Shown here one piece after another: positions 11,416 through 22,190 of a stretch of DNA of 34,328 nucleotides. The position numbers were made by a program, and so were the translations under genes. The notes beneath the pieces are model-generated. The model was given only the letters and a program-made list of their open reading frames with translations, had not been told where the DNA came from and made no database searches. Within the stretch, counting starts at the first letter, position 1. Every line of letters starts with the position of its first letter. Origin of the DNA: Octopus bimaculoides. Taxonomy: Eukaryota. Location: the NCBI RefSeq assembly GCF_001194135.2, contig NC_068987.1, forward strand, positions 82,585,690 through 82,620,017, in the 5' to 3' direction.

Positions 11416-11824
11416 GGCGCAGGAGTGGCTGTGTAGCTAGAAGCTTGCTTGCCAACCACAGGGTTCTGGGTTCAGTCCCACTGCGTGGCACCTTGAGCAA
11501 GTGTCTTCTACTATAGCCTCGGGCCGATCAAACCCCTGTGAGAGGATTTGATAGATGGAAACTGAAAGAAGCCCGTCGTATATATATATATATATGTGTG
11601 TGCGTGTGCATGTATATGTTTGTGTGTTTGTGCCCCCCCCCCATCACTTGACAACCGATGTTAGTGTGTCTACGTCCACGTAACTTAGCTTTTCGACAAA
11701 ATAGACCAATAGAATAAGTACTAGGCTTACAAAGAATAAGTCCTGGAGTCGATTTGTTCGATTAAAGGCGGTGCTCCAGCATGGCCGCAGTCAAATGACT
11801 GAAACAAATGCAGGAATAAAAGAA
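11416..11824 (+). mobile_element. SINE family A, full-length reference copy
   Basis: tRNA-like head with A-box-like TGGCTGTGTAG and B-box GGTTCAGTCCC (11469-11479), internal TA/TG microsatellite, 3' domain and GAATAAAAGAA tail. Confidence 0.95.
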
Positions 11825-12612
11825 CATATATATGTTGGTCGCCTTTTTTTTTTTATTAACCTGAACAACTGCACACGTTTAAGAATTCCTGCTGTGAAAA
11901 TACATGCGGAAAATAATTTATTTTGTCTTGATTTTGTCTTGACGGCTTTTAATTAGTTGATTTAAAACTTTCAATTCATAACACACACACACAGACACAC
12001 ACACACACACACACACACATACACACCAACTATATTATTAATGTCTGCTAAGAAATACAAATGGGCCAAATGATATTTATCTGTCAATCTTCAAGCTTAT
12101 CATCGTTTCAATTTTGAATTAAAGAACAGAAATTTAACAGAAGAAAAAAAAGACAACAAAAAATGCAAAAACAAATATTTTCTCTTTTAATGATTTATTA
12201 ATGAAACAACAACAAACCCTTGCAGACAAAGGCTAGATTATTTATCTATGTAATGTTATTTTATTGAAAGTAATTCCAATAAAATAAAAATAAAAAAATG
12301 GTAAATTATCAATAGGATTCTTGAGAAAATAATGTATTGAATTAAATATTTATTCAGCAGCTGATGATAAACTGATAAACTTTTATAATTCGAAATCGTC
12401 TCTGAAATATTGTGTGCGTATAATGCTAAAGGCAGCAAATTAGATTCTGGAGAAAATCAATTAAATTGTGACCAGTCACATCTGAAGTCAACGAACATAT
12501 TACCATTTGAGCATTCAGAAGTCAATAAAGGTCGGTGAGTTAATTAAGGGCTCCTGGAAACGAACGCTGTAACCAACAGAAGCTAGTCTCAAGGTAATAG
12601 CGATACAAATTT

Positions 12613-12791
12613 TTCTTCTTCTTCTTCTTCTTCTTCTTCTTCTTCTTCTTCTTCTTCTTCTTCTTCTTCTTCTTCTTCTTCTTCTTCTTCTTCTTCTTCT
12701 TCTTCTTCTTCTTCTTCTTCTTCTTCTTCTTCTTCTTCTTCTTCTTCTTCTTCTTCTTCTTCTTCTTCTTCTTCTTCTTCTTCTTCTTCTT
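12613..12791. repeat. Pure (TTC/GAA)n tract, about 59 units
   Basis: Direct reading; it produces the spurious poly-E ORF. Confidence 0.98.
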
Positions 12792-13038
12792 TTGCCGCTT
12801 TATAAATTACATGTACAGATTTCGATTTCGACAAAGTTTCTTAAAGAGTCTGATTAGTTATGATATACAAGGATTTATAATATTAGATTGTGACTCACAG
12901 AATAAAAATATTCTACCTTCCTTCTTATAATAATATCATCGTTCTTTGAATCAGCTCAACTCTTTGACAGCATCATTTAAACATGTGACAAATCTATTTT
13001 AATCAGACTTCATGTTACAAACACAACCGTATATCATA

Positions 13039-13447
13039 TCTTTTATCTTTTATCTGTTTCAGTCATTGGACTGTGGCCAGGCTGGGACATCGCCTTGAAG
13101 GATTTAGTCAAAGAAATCGACCCCATTATCGTTTTTAAAATCTGGTGCTCATTCTATCGTTCTTTTTTGTCGATCTGCTAAGTTACGGAGACACAAGCAA
13201 GCCAAGCGGCGTTGTGGGAGACAAGCACAAAGATATGCGCATACATACATAACACACACACATAAACGCATATGTGTATATATATATATTACATGCATAA
13301 CAGGCTTCTGCACAGTTTCCATCAACTAAATTCACTCACAAGACATTGGTCAGTTCGAGCCCAAAATAGAGGACACTTGCCCAATGCTCTGCGTTGAACC
13401 TGAAACCACGTGGTTGCAAAGGGATTTTCTTAGCAATACAGCCACGC
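13039..13447 (-). mobile_element. SINE family A, diverged full-length copy
   Basis: Tail TTTTATCTGTTTCAGTCATTGGACTGTGGCCA and head GACACTTGCCCAA...TACAGCCAC. Confidence 0.8.
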
Positions 13448-13823
13448 TTTTCCATAACTACATGGCTCCGGGTCTGATCCAGCTACACGAAACCTTTGTC
13501 ATGTGTTTTCTGTCATAGCCCGGGTTCGAACTAAAACTTGTCTGTTAAACTGGATTTACAAAACTTGTAAAAGCTCATCGCCCTATCTGTTCCTGTTCAT
13601 CATTGGCAGACTCAATTTATTACCCGGTTTAATGCCGCTATCTGATCATTTGGTTACTTCTGTTGGAGTTTACAAATCCCCAGACCCATGATCCAGGTCT
13701 AAGAATTACCGCGTTTAGATGGCATGAAAGACACACAAGCGTATGAGACGCACTCCAGTTTCAGCAGCACAAATTTAGAAAAAAAATTAAAGTGTATTAA
13801 AACATGTAATAATTTCTGCACTT

Positions 13824-14028
13824 GAGGCGGCGATCAGGCTGAACAGAATGCTTAGGGACATTTTGTCCGTCTGTACGTTCTGTGTTCAAATGCCGCCGAG
13901 GTCGACTTTGCCTTTCATCCTTTTGGGGTCAGTATAAAACAAGTACCAGTTGAACACTGAGGTCGATGTAATCTAATTAATTCCTTTCCCCGAAGCTACT
14001 GACGTTATGCCAAAATATTTAGAACCAA
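13824..14028 (+). mobile_element. SINE family B' (family-B core, different 3' end)
   Basis: GTTCAAATGCCGCCGAGGTCGACTTTGCCTTTCATCCTTTTGGGGTC core, ending in ...TGCCAAAATATTTAGAACC. Confidence 0.8.
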
Positions 14029-14069
14029 TATTTTCTGCATTCAAAGCGGTGAGCAAATGGTATCGATAG

Positions 14070-14168
14070 CATGCCTTTCATCCTTTTGGAGTTGGTAAAA
14101 TACTGGGGTTGATGTAGTCTACTTAACCCCTTCCTCGAAACCGCTGGCCTTGTACCAAAATTTAGAAA
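14070..14168 (+). mobile_element. SINE family B', partial copy
   Basis: TGCCTTTCATCCTTTTGG...GGCCTTGTACCAAAATTTAGAA. Confidence 0.7.
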
Positions 14169-14451
14169 GAATATTTTAAAGTAGTCAAGCTGTACATTAC
14201 AAAGCATTACAAAAGTTCCTTACTTATAGCAGAAGACGTTTGTGAAAAAAAAGTATCAAATTTGAATGGTTGAAAGTCGGCTGATTGCTTTGGTACAATT
14301 TATAGCCTTTCTGCTAGCGTGCTTCGTGTCCTGCAGACGGTTTTCTGCATTTTCCCAATCCAAGAGGTCAATTTTTAAACTTAATACTTTATAAGATAGT
14401 ATTTACAGCGCAATTCGCTTCAAGATATACCAATGAGCTTATTTATTTATG

Positions 14452-14555
14452 CTTACATACATACATATATACATATATACATACATGCATACATACATAC
14501 ATACATACATACATACATACATACATACATACATACATACATGCATACATGCATA
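14452..14555. repeat. (ATAC)n microsatellite
   Basis: Direct reading. Confidence 0.95.
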
Positions 14556-14883
14556 CAAAACATAAATTTCACATAATGCCCCCATATTTCTCATTTACTC
14601 AAGGACTACAGTTCAAGTATCTTATATTCCTGTTCTCTTCAAGCGTCGCATATGTGCGCTTTTACCTATTTATTTATTTATAGGGTTTACTCTTAACGTT
14701 TTTGACAAAAGTTTGTATTTTAGAAGTTATTTCGTCAGAAGTTACAAAGTGACAATGGACAAATTCGTGTTTGATAAGTGCCAATACACAAAACTCTCAG
14801 CTTTTGACTTACTCTCTAACTTCTGCCGATGATATATATACATATCACATATATGTGTAAAAAAAATCTCATCACGCAATCGA

Positions 14884-15073
14884 ACCAATGAAAGAGCCTC
14901 TACCTGGTCGCTCGACACGCTAAAAATAGCAGCCAAAGTATCCTCCTACCTAAATCACACGCCCATTGTATATAATGTCCTAGATTATGTCTAAAAAGGT
15001 GGTTTGCTGAAGGCTGGAATGTCTTTGATGATAGGTTTGCAGTATCAGGGTTGATTGGAGGCTGAATAACAAC
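14884..15073 (+). mobile_element. Family F interspersed repeat (SINE-like 3' region)
   Basis: CTCTACCTGGTCGCTCGAC...AATAGCAGCCAAA...AAATCACAC; the motif recurs at about 16530-16600, 31141-31185 and (minus strand) 10572-10605. Confidence 0.65.
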
Positions 15074-15598
15074 ATTATGGTAAGTTTCCATATTAACACC
15101 CGCACGATTTTCCTTAAGAAAAAAAAATTGATTTTTTGCGTGGAATCAAGTATCCTGACCTCCTAACATGCTGTAAATCCCTTATTTTGGTTCGGAAAAA
15201 ATGAGGTGGGTCTCCCCCCTTCCAATCCCGGAATTATTGGAAATTTTTTTTTCGTTGAATGAATACCTGTGATCTCCTAATATTTCAAAATTAGGTTACT
15301 TAAGGTGAGCCTGGTAACTGATGGTTTTGGTGACTTGGTGTTTGTAACTTTTGGTGAACCATGGTGCAACCAACAACATGGTAAAAATCCCTGCCATTAA
15401 TTTGGTGTGGATAGGTAATATCAAATAATCCAATCGCAACATATATTTAAATTAAATATGAAAAAAACTGAAATATTATCATCACTTACATGGAAAAATT
15501 GAAGTATTGTCTTTCAGTAATTTATAAAGCAAAATCTTAAATTATTAATTGACACATTATTATCTTATAACAGCAATGCCTGGAAAAATCATGGATTA

Positions 15599-16082
15599 CA
15601 CGGAAAAATGCGAGCATGAAAAGTAATATTCTTAAGATTATAAACCTCTAAAAGTACAGGACAAGTTATTACACCTGTAAAAGTATAGGACAAGCTATTA
15701 CTTCTAGTAAAGTCAAGAATAAGAAACTTTTTACTTAAAATATTGCAGCTAAAATTAAAATTCGAATATTAAAACTTATTTTATTATAGTTTACAAATAA
15801 CACTATACTTATTTAAGTAGAATTTGGCTAATTTACTACCTTAAATACAGAAAAAAGTGACTAATTAGACAAACTTACAAATTAGCTGAACAGTTTTGTA
15901 CAAAAAATTTAAAAGATGAGACCTGTAATGAGTGACAAATTAGAAGAACTGGCATTCTTTGCTGCAACATTTTAAATAAAAAGTTTCTTATTCTTTACTT
16001 TCCTAGAAGTAATAACTTGTCCTGTACTTTTCCAGGTTTATAATTTTAAAAATATTACTTTTCATGCTCGCATTTTCCCACG
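15599..16082. mobile_element. Non-autonomous DNA transposon-like element with long TIRs
   Basis: GGAAAAATGCGAGCATGAAAAGTAATATT...TTGCAGC (15599-15749) is inverted at 15961-16082. The left arm carries an extra internal duplication of about 30 bp. Confidence 0.8.
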
Positions 16083-16129
16083 TTACATATATATATATAT
16101 GCATATACATTTATATAATAGTTTTAAAA

Positions 16130-16390
16130 GGTTTCAGCTTGTCTTGAGCCTTCAGGCGTGCTAGGCCGTAGCCTATTCCAGTTTCTGTGGTGTGTAAGCG
16201 ACTGAAGACACGACGCTCGCCTCTGAAGAGAACACCAGCTGATTTAACGTCTAACTGTTTTTGGTGCACATTTTTCAGACGCGCTATCAGATGAAGTACC
16301 TTGTTCAAGCACATGAAATGACATCCGTTCTGAGAATCGAATCCACGTCCTAACGATCGTGTTACCAACTTCCAAACTATCATACCATGT
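16130..16390 (-). mobile_element. Old diverged tRNA-headed SINE with a Deu/Nin-like central domain
   Basis: CCTATTCCAGTTTCTGTGG...AAGCGACTG and GAAGTACCTTGTTCAAG...GAGAATCGAATCC (reverse-strand B-box). The domain assignment is from memory only. Confidence 0.5.
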
Positions 16391-16619
16391 GTTTTAAAAT
16401 ACACCAGACACACACACACACACACACACACACATTGCCTACAAGGATGATTATTTCGTCTTTATTCATTGTCCTCTCACAAAATCTTTAACAAAATATG
16501 CTACAGTTAGCAATCGTAGAAGTTTATACGTGGTTGTCTGACCTGGTAGAAATAGCAGCTAAATCTCAACCACATCACATTTTCCCGTCTCAAATAATTA
16601 TAAAATCGGTAATGTAGCC

Positions 16620-16620
<1 letters not shown>

Positions 16621-16666
<46 letters not shown>
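16621..16666. repeat. (CT)n microsatellite
   Basis: Direct reading. Confidence 0.95.
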
Positions 16667-16671
<5 letters not shown>

Positions 16672-17322
16672 CACCTACACAAACATACGGTGAGATTTCG
16701 CTTTTAACCGCTCTTCTATTTACCATATTCCACTCACAAAGCAATAGTCAATACAAGGTTATATGCGTGCATAGTCTTTCTCGAAGCTATGCATACTCTA
16801 GGCCTTTCCAGGGTACTCCGCAATGGGATCAAACTCAAAACCCACAATATTTGTGAAGTGAACGCCTTCACCACACTGTCATACCTCCGCTCATTTTAAT
16901 TCCAGCATTTCTTTTATTTCCTGTCTTTCTTCCATTATTCCATGCCTCATATAGAGTAAGCGAGAGAAATGTTTTCCGGGCTTAGAAAACACATGAAAAC
17001 TACTAAAAACTGTCTTCTCTTCGTGAAGGGAAAAAAAAAAAAAAAGCAATTTGGAAGAGAATAAAGAAGCGCATGGGTAAAAGTAATTTCTAGTGTAGCT
17101 GACACGGAGACTTTCACTCGTAGGTGGTAATTTCCCTTGTCAATAGCGAAAATTATCTCTGTTTGTGTATATGTTTGTGGAGCAAACGCCTTGGTTATCA
17201 GCTGTTAACAGATCAGTCATGGATTAGCTTTCAAATTAACTCTGCAATTCTGGGATAAAATTCCCAACAGAACACACCTTTAACTTACACACACAGAACT
17301 ATGTAAATATATACATATATAT

Positions 17323-17430
17323 NNNNNNNNNNNNNNNNNNNNNNNNNNNNNNNNNNNNNNNNNNNNNNNNNNNNNNNNNNNNNNNNNNNNNNNNNNNNNN
17401 NNNNNNNNNNNNNNNNNNNNNNNNNNNNNN
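17323..17430. other. Assembly gap within (TA)n
   Basis: N characters. Confidence 1.
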
Positions 17431-18784
17431 ATATATATATATATATAACGTGAGCCATCCGCTATTTTATGTCCTTTGAAAAATAAATCTTTTTGCTTGT
17501 TTAGTGTAGCGTTAAGGAATAATTCTAAACAATTTTCCGGCACTTCCTCACACATTTAGGCGTTCGTTTGATGTTTAAAACAACGCAGTATCTACCCCTA
17601 CCCTCCATTCCTAAACATGTACACTTGCTTAATCTACCACCTAAACTGTAAAGAATTTACTTCTATTTCTTTTATTAGACGCTTTAACAGAAGAGAAATG
17701 CGTGGTTTTTCGAGCGAAACATTTTAAGATTAGCTATACAAATTGTGTAGTATATGTCTCTTCCGGAACGAAACTTTATTAACAAAAGACCCCGAGTGAT
17801 AAATTCGATACTGTAATAAAATAGAAGGGACAACATTCAGCAAATGAGACTTTCCCATTAGGGCTTTACAATTTGTCAACCGGCAAAGATAAATGGTAGA
17901 CAGGCACTCTCTAAGATTATTGTCTTTTACTCTAGTGGCACGCATAATATTTTTTGTTTGTTTGTGGAAGAGAAAAAGCAGTAAATAACATCATGTCGGC
18001 AGATGTGTCGGACTGTCAACTAAAAGGCGTTAACTTTCTTCTAAGAATCAACGAAAACTGATTTCCAAAGTTCCAGTAGCCTGGTTTCGCAAGAGAAATT
18101 GTCGATGTATAACGAAAGAGATTCCTATCAGGAACTTTAGAATAATTTTACGTATTTATCTAGTTACACCTCGTTTCTTATTCTTGTAAGAGGAAAAAAA
18201 CCTATAGAATAAACTCAGTCAACCATCGCTTCAGATTCTTAACACATTTTCTATCGTTTTATAGTTTATTGATTTTGTAAATAAATTCCTTGCTGGAATT
18301 CGATCAAATTTTGTTCTTAATTAAATATCATTATCTAAAATAAATGGCGCAGAATCTTAGTTGCCAAGAAAACAAATAAACTGATAATTAAAAGAAAAAA
18401 AAAAAAGAAAAGACAGAAAAATAAAGCTCCGATTATTAAGAAATAATCGTTTCTATCAGACACAACTCAACAAATTTGTTGGGGAAGGATCACCACGAAT
18501 GAATAAATCTTTCACCTTTTACTGTTATAAAATAACGATACTGAATTATTTTTACATTTAATTCCTCGATGCAAACAATATGTTTACAGTTTAAGAACTA
18601 TTACAATTGCGCATTACTGCATCTCTAGCATTAATATTATTTTAAATCACTCTCATAGCGCTCTCAAATACATATACATACTTACATCTTTTGTTTGTTC
18701 CACACACGCACAGTCTGCCATGTTGCACTACACTCGGTCGACTAATGCAAAGCAGTTCTATATTTAAGAGATGACGAATTATGT

Positions 18785-18954
18785 ACATCATTTACATTAT
18801 TTACATTATTTAGATCATTTACATTTCATGGATATTTGTCCTCATCTTGTTTGTTGTTAACACAACGTTTCGGCTGATATACTCTCCAGCCTTCATCAGG
18901 TGTCTTGGGGGAAATTTCGAACCTGGGTTCTCATTCCTAAGGTACATTTTGATG

Positions 18955-18956
<2 letters not shown>
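18785..18956 (-). mobile_element. Family C body (PLE pseudo-LTR-like), inverted copy
   Basis: Reverse complement of 19140-19292, including the (TGTAAATAA)n tail. Confidence 0.9.
18859..18904 (-). ncRNA. Minimal type I hammerhead ribozyme motif (PLE-type, palindromic helix III)
   Basis: Sense RNA GACAC-CUGAUGA-A-GGCUG-GAGAGUAUAU-CAGCC-GAA-ACGU-U^GUGUU. Helix I GACAC/GUGUU, helix II 5 bp, intact core, GUU cleavage triplet. Confidence 0.75.
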
Positions 18957-19015
<59 letters not shown>

Positions 19016-19085
19016 GCCCACGGGCGTAGTGGTTAAAATTGCGGGCTACTAACCCCAAGATTCCGAGTTCGATTCCAGGCAGTGA

Positions 19086-19141
<56 letters not shown>

Positions 19142-19292
19142 TTGTAAAATACCTTAGGAATGAGAACCCAGGTTCAAAATTTCCCCAAGATACCTGATGA
19201 AGGCTGGAGGGTATATCAGCCGGAACGTTGTGTTGACAACAAACAAGATGAGGACAAATATCCGTCAAATGTAAATAATGTAAATAATGTAA
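19016..19292 (+). mobile_element. SINE family C: tRNA-like head (19016-19089), (TAA)n, hammerhead-bearing body and (TGTAAATAA)n tail
   Basis: A-box GGCGTAGTGGTT and B-box GAGTTCGATTCC. CTACTAACCCCAAG resembles the tRNA-Ile(AAU) arm CTAATAACGCCAAG. Hammerhead-like motif at 19189-19234. Confidence 0.85.
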
Positions 19293-19336
19293 TACAAAGC
19301 ATAATTAACGCTATAATTATAATAAGTTAGCGAAAG

Positions 19337-19547
19337 AAGGCGATGAGCTGGCAGAATCGTTTGCATGCCGGGTAAAACGCTGAGCGACATTTCATCCGTC
19401 CTCACGTTCTGAGTTCGGATTCTGCCGAGATCGGCTTAACCTTTTATTCTTTCGGGTAGATAAGTACCAGTTGAACACTGGGGTCGATGCAATCGACTTA
19501 CTCCTTCTCACGAACTTGCTAGCCTTATGCCAAAAAATTAAAGCCAG
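19337..19547 (+). mobile_element. SINE family B'
   Basis: GGCGATGAGCTGGCAGAATCG head, AAGTACCAGTTGAACACTGGGGTCGATGCAATCGAC core. Confidence 0.85.
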
Positions 19548-20302
19548 TAATTTAGTCGAAGAAGATCTTCACCGATGAGATTGATGTGGTCGATGTTCTG
19601 TTTGGACATGTGTGGACTGATATCGTCCAAGGGAACAACTTGCACGAGGAAGGAATTTTAGATAGAAACGTTTCCGTGGTGGAAGGATTAGTAGTGATTG
19701 TTTGGAGTTGTTTGGTAAAACACAGTAAAGAGCGAGGAGGAGGAGACGGAGTTTCGAAGCGGGCCTGAAAGAAGTTATGTAACTAACTAGTTTAGAGATT
19801 GTTCGAAGAGGCAGAGAAGAAACAGCGTGTTTGTAATCTGGCCAGATTTTCTCAAAGAACATCCTCTATATAAGGACAGAGCTTCTTTTTAAGATACCTG
19901 TTAATAATTCTTGTTTTGTTCTCTTGTCACGAGCAACGAGATGCAAGGAGAGCGAGAAGGAGAGGAATAAATGTAATGCACATGAAAGGGTTCTAAGACG
20001 TAAGACACCGCTTTCAACGCTTTCAAGAATTAGACAACAAAAATCTTTTGTTGTCTTAAATGTTCAGTAATATTGACCAGATCAACCGAAGAAGATCTAT
20101 CACACGAAAGGTGTTAATTGAATATTTCAGAAGCATTTCATCTCATACAAACCAACATTAATAACATCTTCTCTTTAAAAAAATTCTCCTTTAAAATATA
20201 TTCCCTTTAAAAATTTTTTAATAACATAGCTCTTTAGAATCGATAAAGTAAAGTATTACCAAAGAAGAAAGAATTTTAAATATTTCCTTTATTTAGCATA
20301 AC

Positions 20303-20502
20303 ATTTTGATACAAGGCCAGCGATATCAAGGAGGTGTGTAATTTGTTACATCGGCCCCGGTGTTCAATTGGTACTTATTTTATCAACCTCGAAAAATTGA
20401 AAGGCAAAGTCGAAAGGAATTTGAACACAAAGCATGAAGACGGACAGAATGCCGCAAAGTATATCTACCCGATGTGCTAACGGTTCTGCCAACTCGCTGC
20501 TT
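20303..20502 (-). mobile_element. SINE family B'
   Basis: TACAAGGCCAGC...GGTACTTATTTTATC...GGCAAAGTCGA...TTCTGCCAACTCGC. Confidence 0.8.
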
Positions 20503-21354
20503 TCAAATTCAACAAAATATCAAAACTTAGAATTTAAAACTTACCGATGAAGAAAGAATTTAAAATATTTCTTTTGTTTAACCCATAAAGCGCCGGAATT
20601 TGCATTTACATAGCATGGACTGCTGAGCACATTTTATGAAAATGTGACTACCATGCACACATAAAAACCAAAATATAGTTAAAATATCTTCTTAGTATAT
20701 AATGGTGGCAAATTTTACATCATCTGAAAAGTCCTCTTGCATTCTGGTGGGGTATCGAAGCGTTTGAGTGACATTAGACCCCAACAAACGCCCAAAAATT
20801 AAATGCATCTATGTGGGCCACAGTCGTGGCCTGTCGACCTATGCCTGACCGCCATGATCTTTGCTCGTCGCGTTAACATAATATTAAAATCGAAATTATA
20901 CAAATAAGATATATTTATAAACTGAAATGAACTTAACAATTTAAACGAAAATAAAAATGTAGACATGATGTGCAACTATATGTTGTTTTGAAATAGAGTT
21001 ACGACAAAACTTATAAAACCTTCTGCTTTATTTTATTCTTGAGATCCTGCCGTGTCTTAAGGAAGAACATTCGAGGTTGAATATAGATGTGTTTTTCTTT
21101 TTCGACTCTCACGCTCGCTCCATATGTTAGGACCTCCCTACCACAGAAGATGTCCCATGGCGAAAGCAAATACTTGACCTAGAGAATTAGCACTAACAGA
21201 AAAAGACATGAAAAATGAACATTAAATGGCGGAAAAAAAGGTTCACTACAAGTGTTGAGTTAAATATTTACAGTGTTTTAAACAGTGTCTTCGAAAATTC
21301 GCCAAGGGCTGGCCTCTTCAGTCACACGCACATCCACACATGCATGTAAGCACA

Positions 21355-21361
21355 CACACGC

Positions 21362-21410
<49 letters not shown>

Positions 21411-21421
21411 CGTGCGCGTGC
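21355..21421. repeat. Alternating purine-pyrimidine tract (CA)/(TG)n(CG)n
   Basis: Direct reading. Confidence 0.9.
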
Positions 21422-21876
21422 GTGATGGCGTTATACCGGAAAAACCGCTCCTTTCAAACTTTCAAATCAAAATAACTGTTTGTAATATTTCCTCCGCACA
21501 GTGTTACAAAGACAATCCTTTATCACCGTTTCAGCCATAGATTATTCAATGAACTTGTGATTGAATCATTGGAAACTTATAACTAACAACAGTGCTCAAC
21601 GAGGACGATAGAACGTAAATGAAATAAATAAATAAATATCATGCAACTCAGGCGTGATTATATATTTTAAAGGAGTGTTCTAACAGCAGGCCTAATAACT
21701 GATACAAGTAGTTAGTTTCTTGAGGCTCAGCGCTGCAAATTTACTTTGTTTAGTTATCAATGTTGTAGTCAGCAGTGGAAACGCAGTGAACGTGACTTTT
21801 ATTTCAGAAGTTCTGAAACAGATTGGCGAAGGGGAGAAAGTTATGTAAAATGTTCATAGACTGGAGATCTAGTTAA

Positions 21877-22190
21877 GGCGGCGAGCTGGCAGAATCGTTA
21901 GCAGGCTGGGCGAAATGCTTAGCAGTATTTCGTCTGCCGCTACGTTCTGAGTTCATATTCCACCAAGGTCGACTTTGCCTTTCGTCCTTTTGGGGTCGAT
22001 TAAATATGTACCAGTTACGCACTGGGATCGATATAATCGACTTAATCCCTTTGTCTGTTCTTGTTTCTCCCTTCTGTGTGTAGCCCCTTGTGGGCAGTAA
22101 AGAAATAATAAACGTTAGCGCACCAGGCGAAATGCTTAGCAGTATTTCGTCTGCCGTTACATTCTGAGTTCAAATTCTGCCGAGATCGAC
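21877..22190 (+). mobile_element. SINE family B dimer, second monomer 3'-truncated
   Basis: Full monomer at 21877-22110, then AACGTTAGC...GAGTTCAAATTCTGCCGAGATCGAC (22111-22190). Confidence 0.9.

Noticed and set aside
12389-12540. Open frame ending at a GTGAGT donor-like site
   Set aside because: No convincing acceptor and no recognisable peptide.
12589-12834. Poly-Glu ORF, and likewise the poly-L/I/Y/H, (CV)n, (HT)n, (YI)n and X-run ORFs
   Set aside because: They are translations of microsatellites or N-gaps.
15085-15300. Possible DNA-transposon end fragment; 1950-2080 and 9750-9930 look similar
   Set aside because: No TIR pair, TSD or second copy in the window.
19016-19089. Functional tRNA gene
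   Set aside because: It has A and B boxes but no acceptor stem and a poor anticodon stem, and it continues into SINE body. The same applies to the other SINE heads.
21808-21845. Micro-exon reading EVLKQIGEGEKV, resembling kinase subdomain I
   Set aside because: The GxGxxG loop is incomplete, the donor is poor, and there are no other kinase exons in the window.
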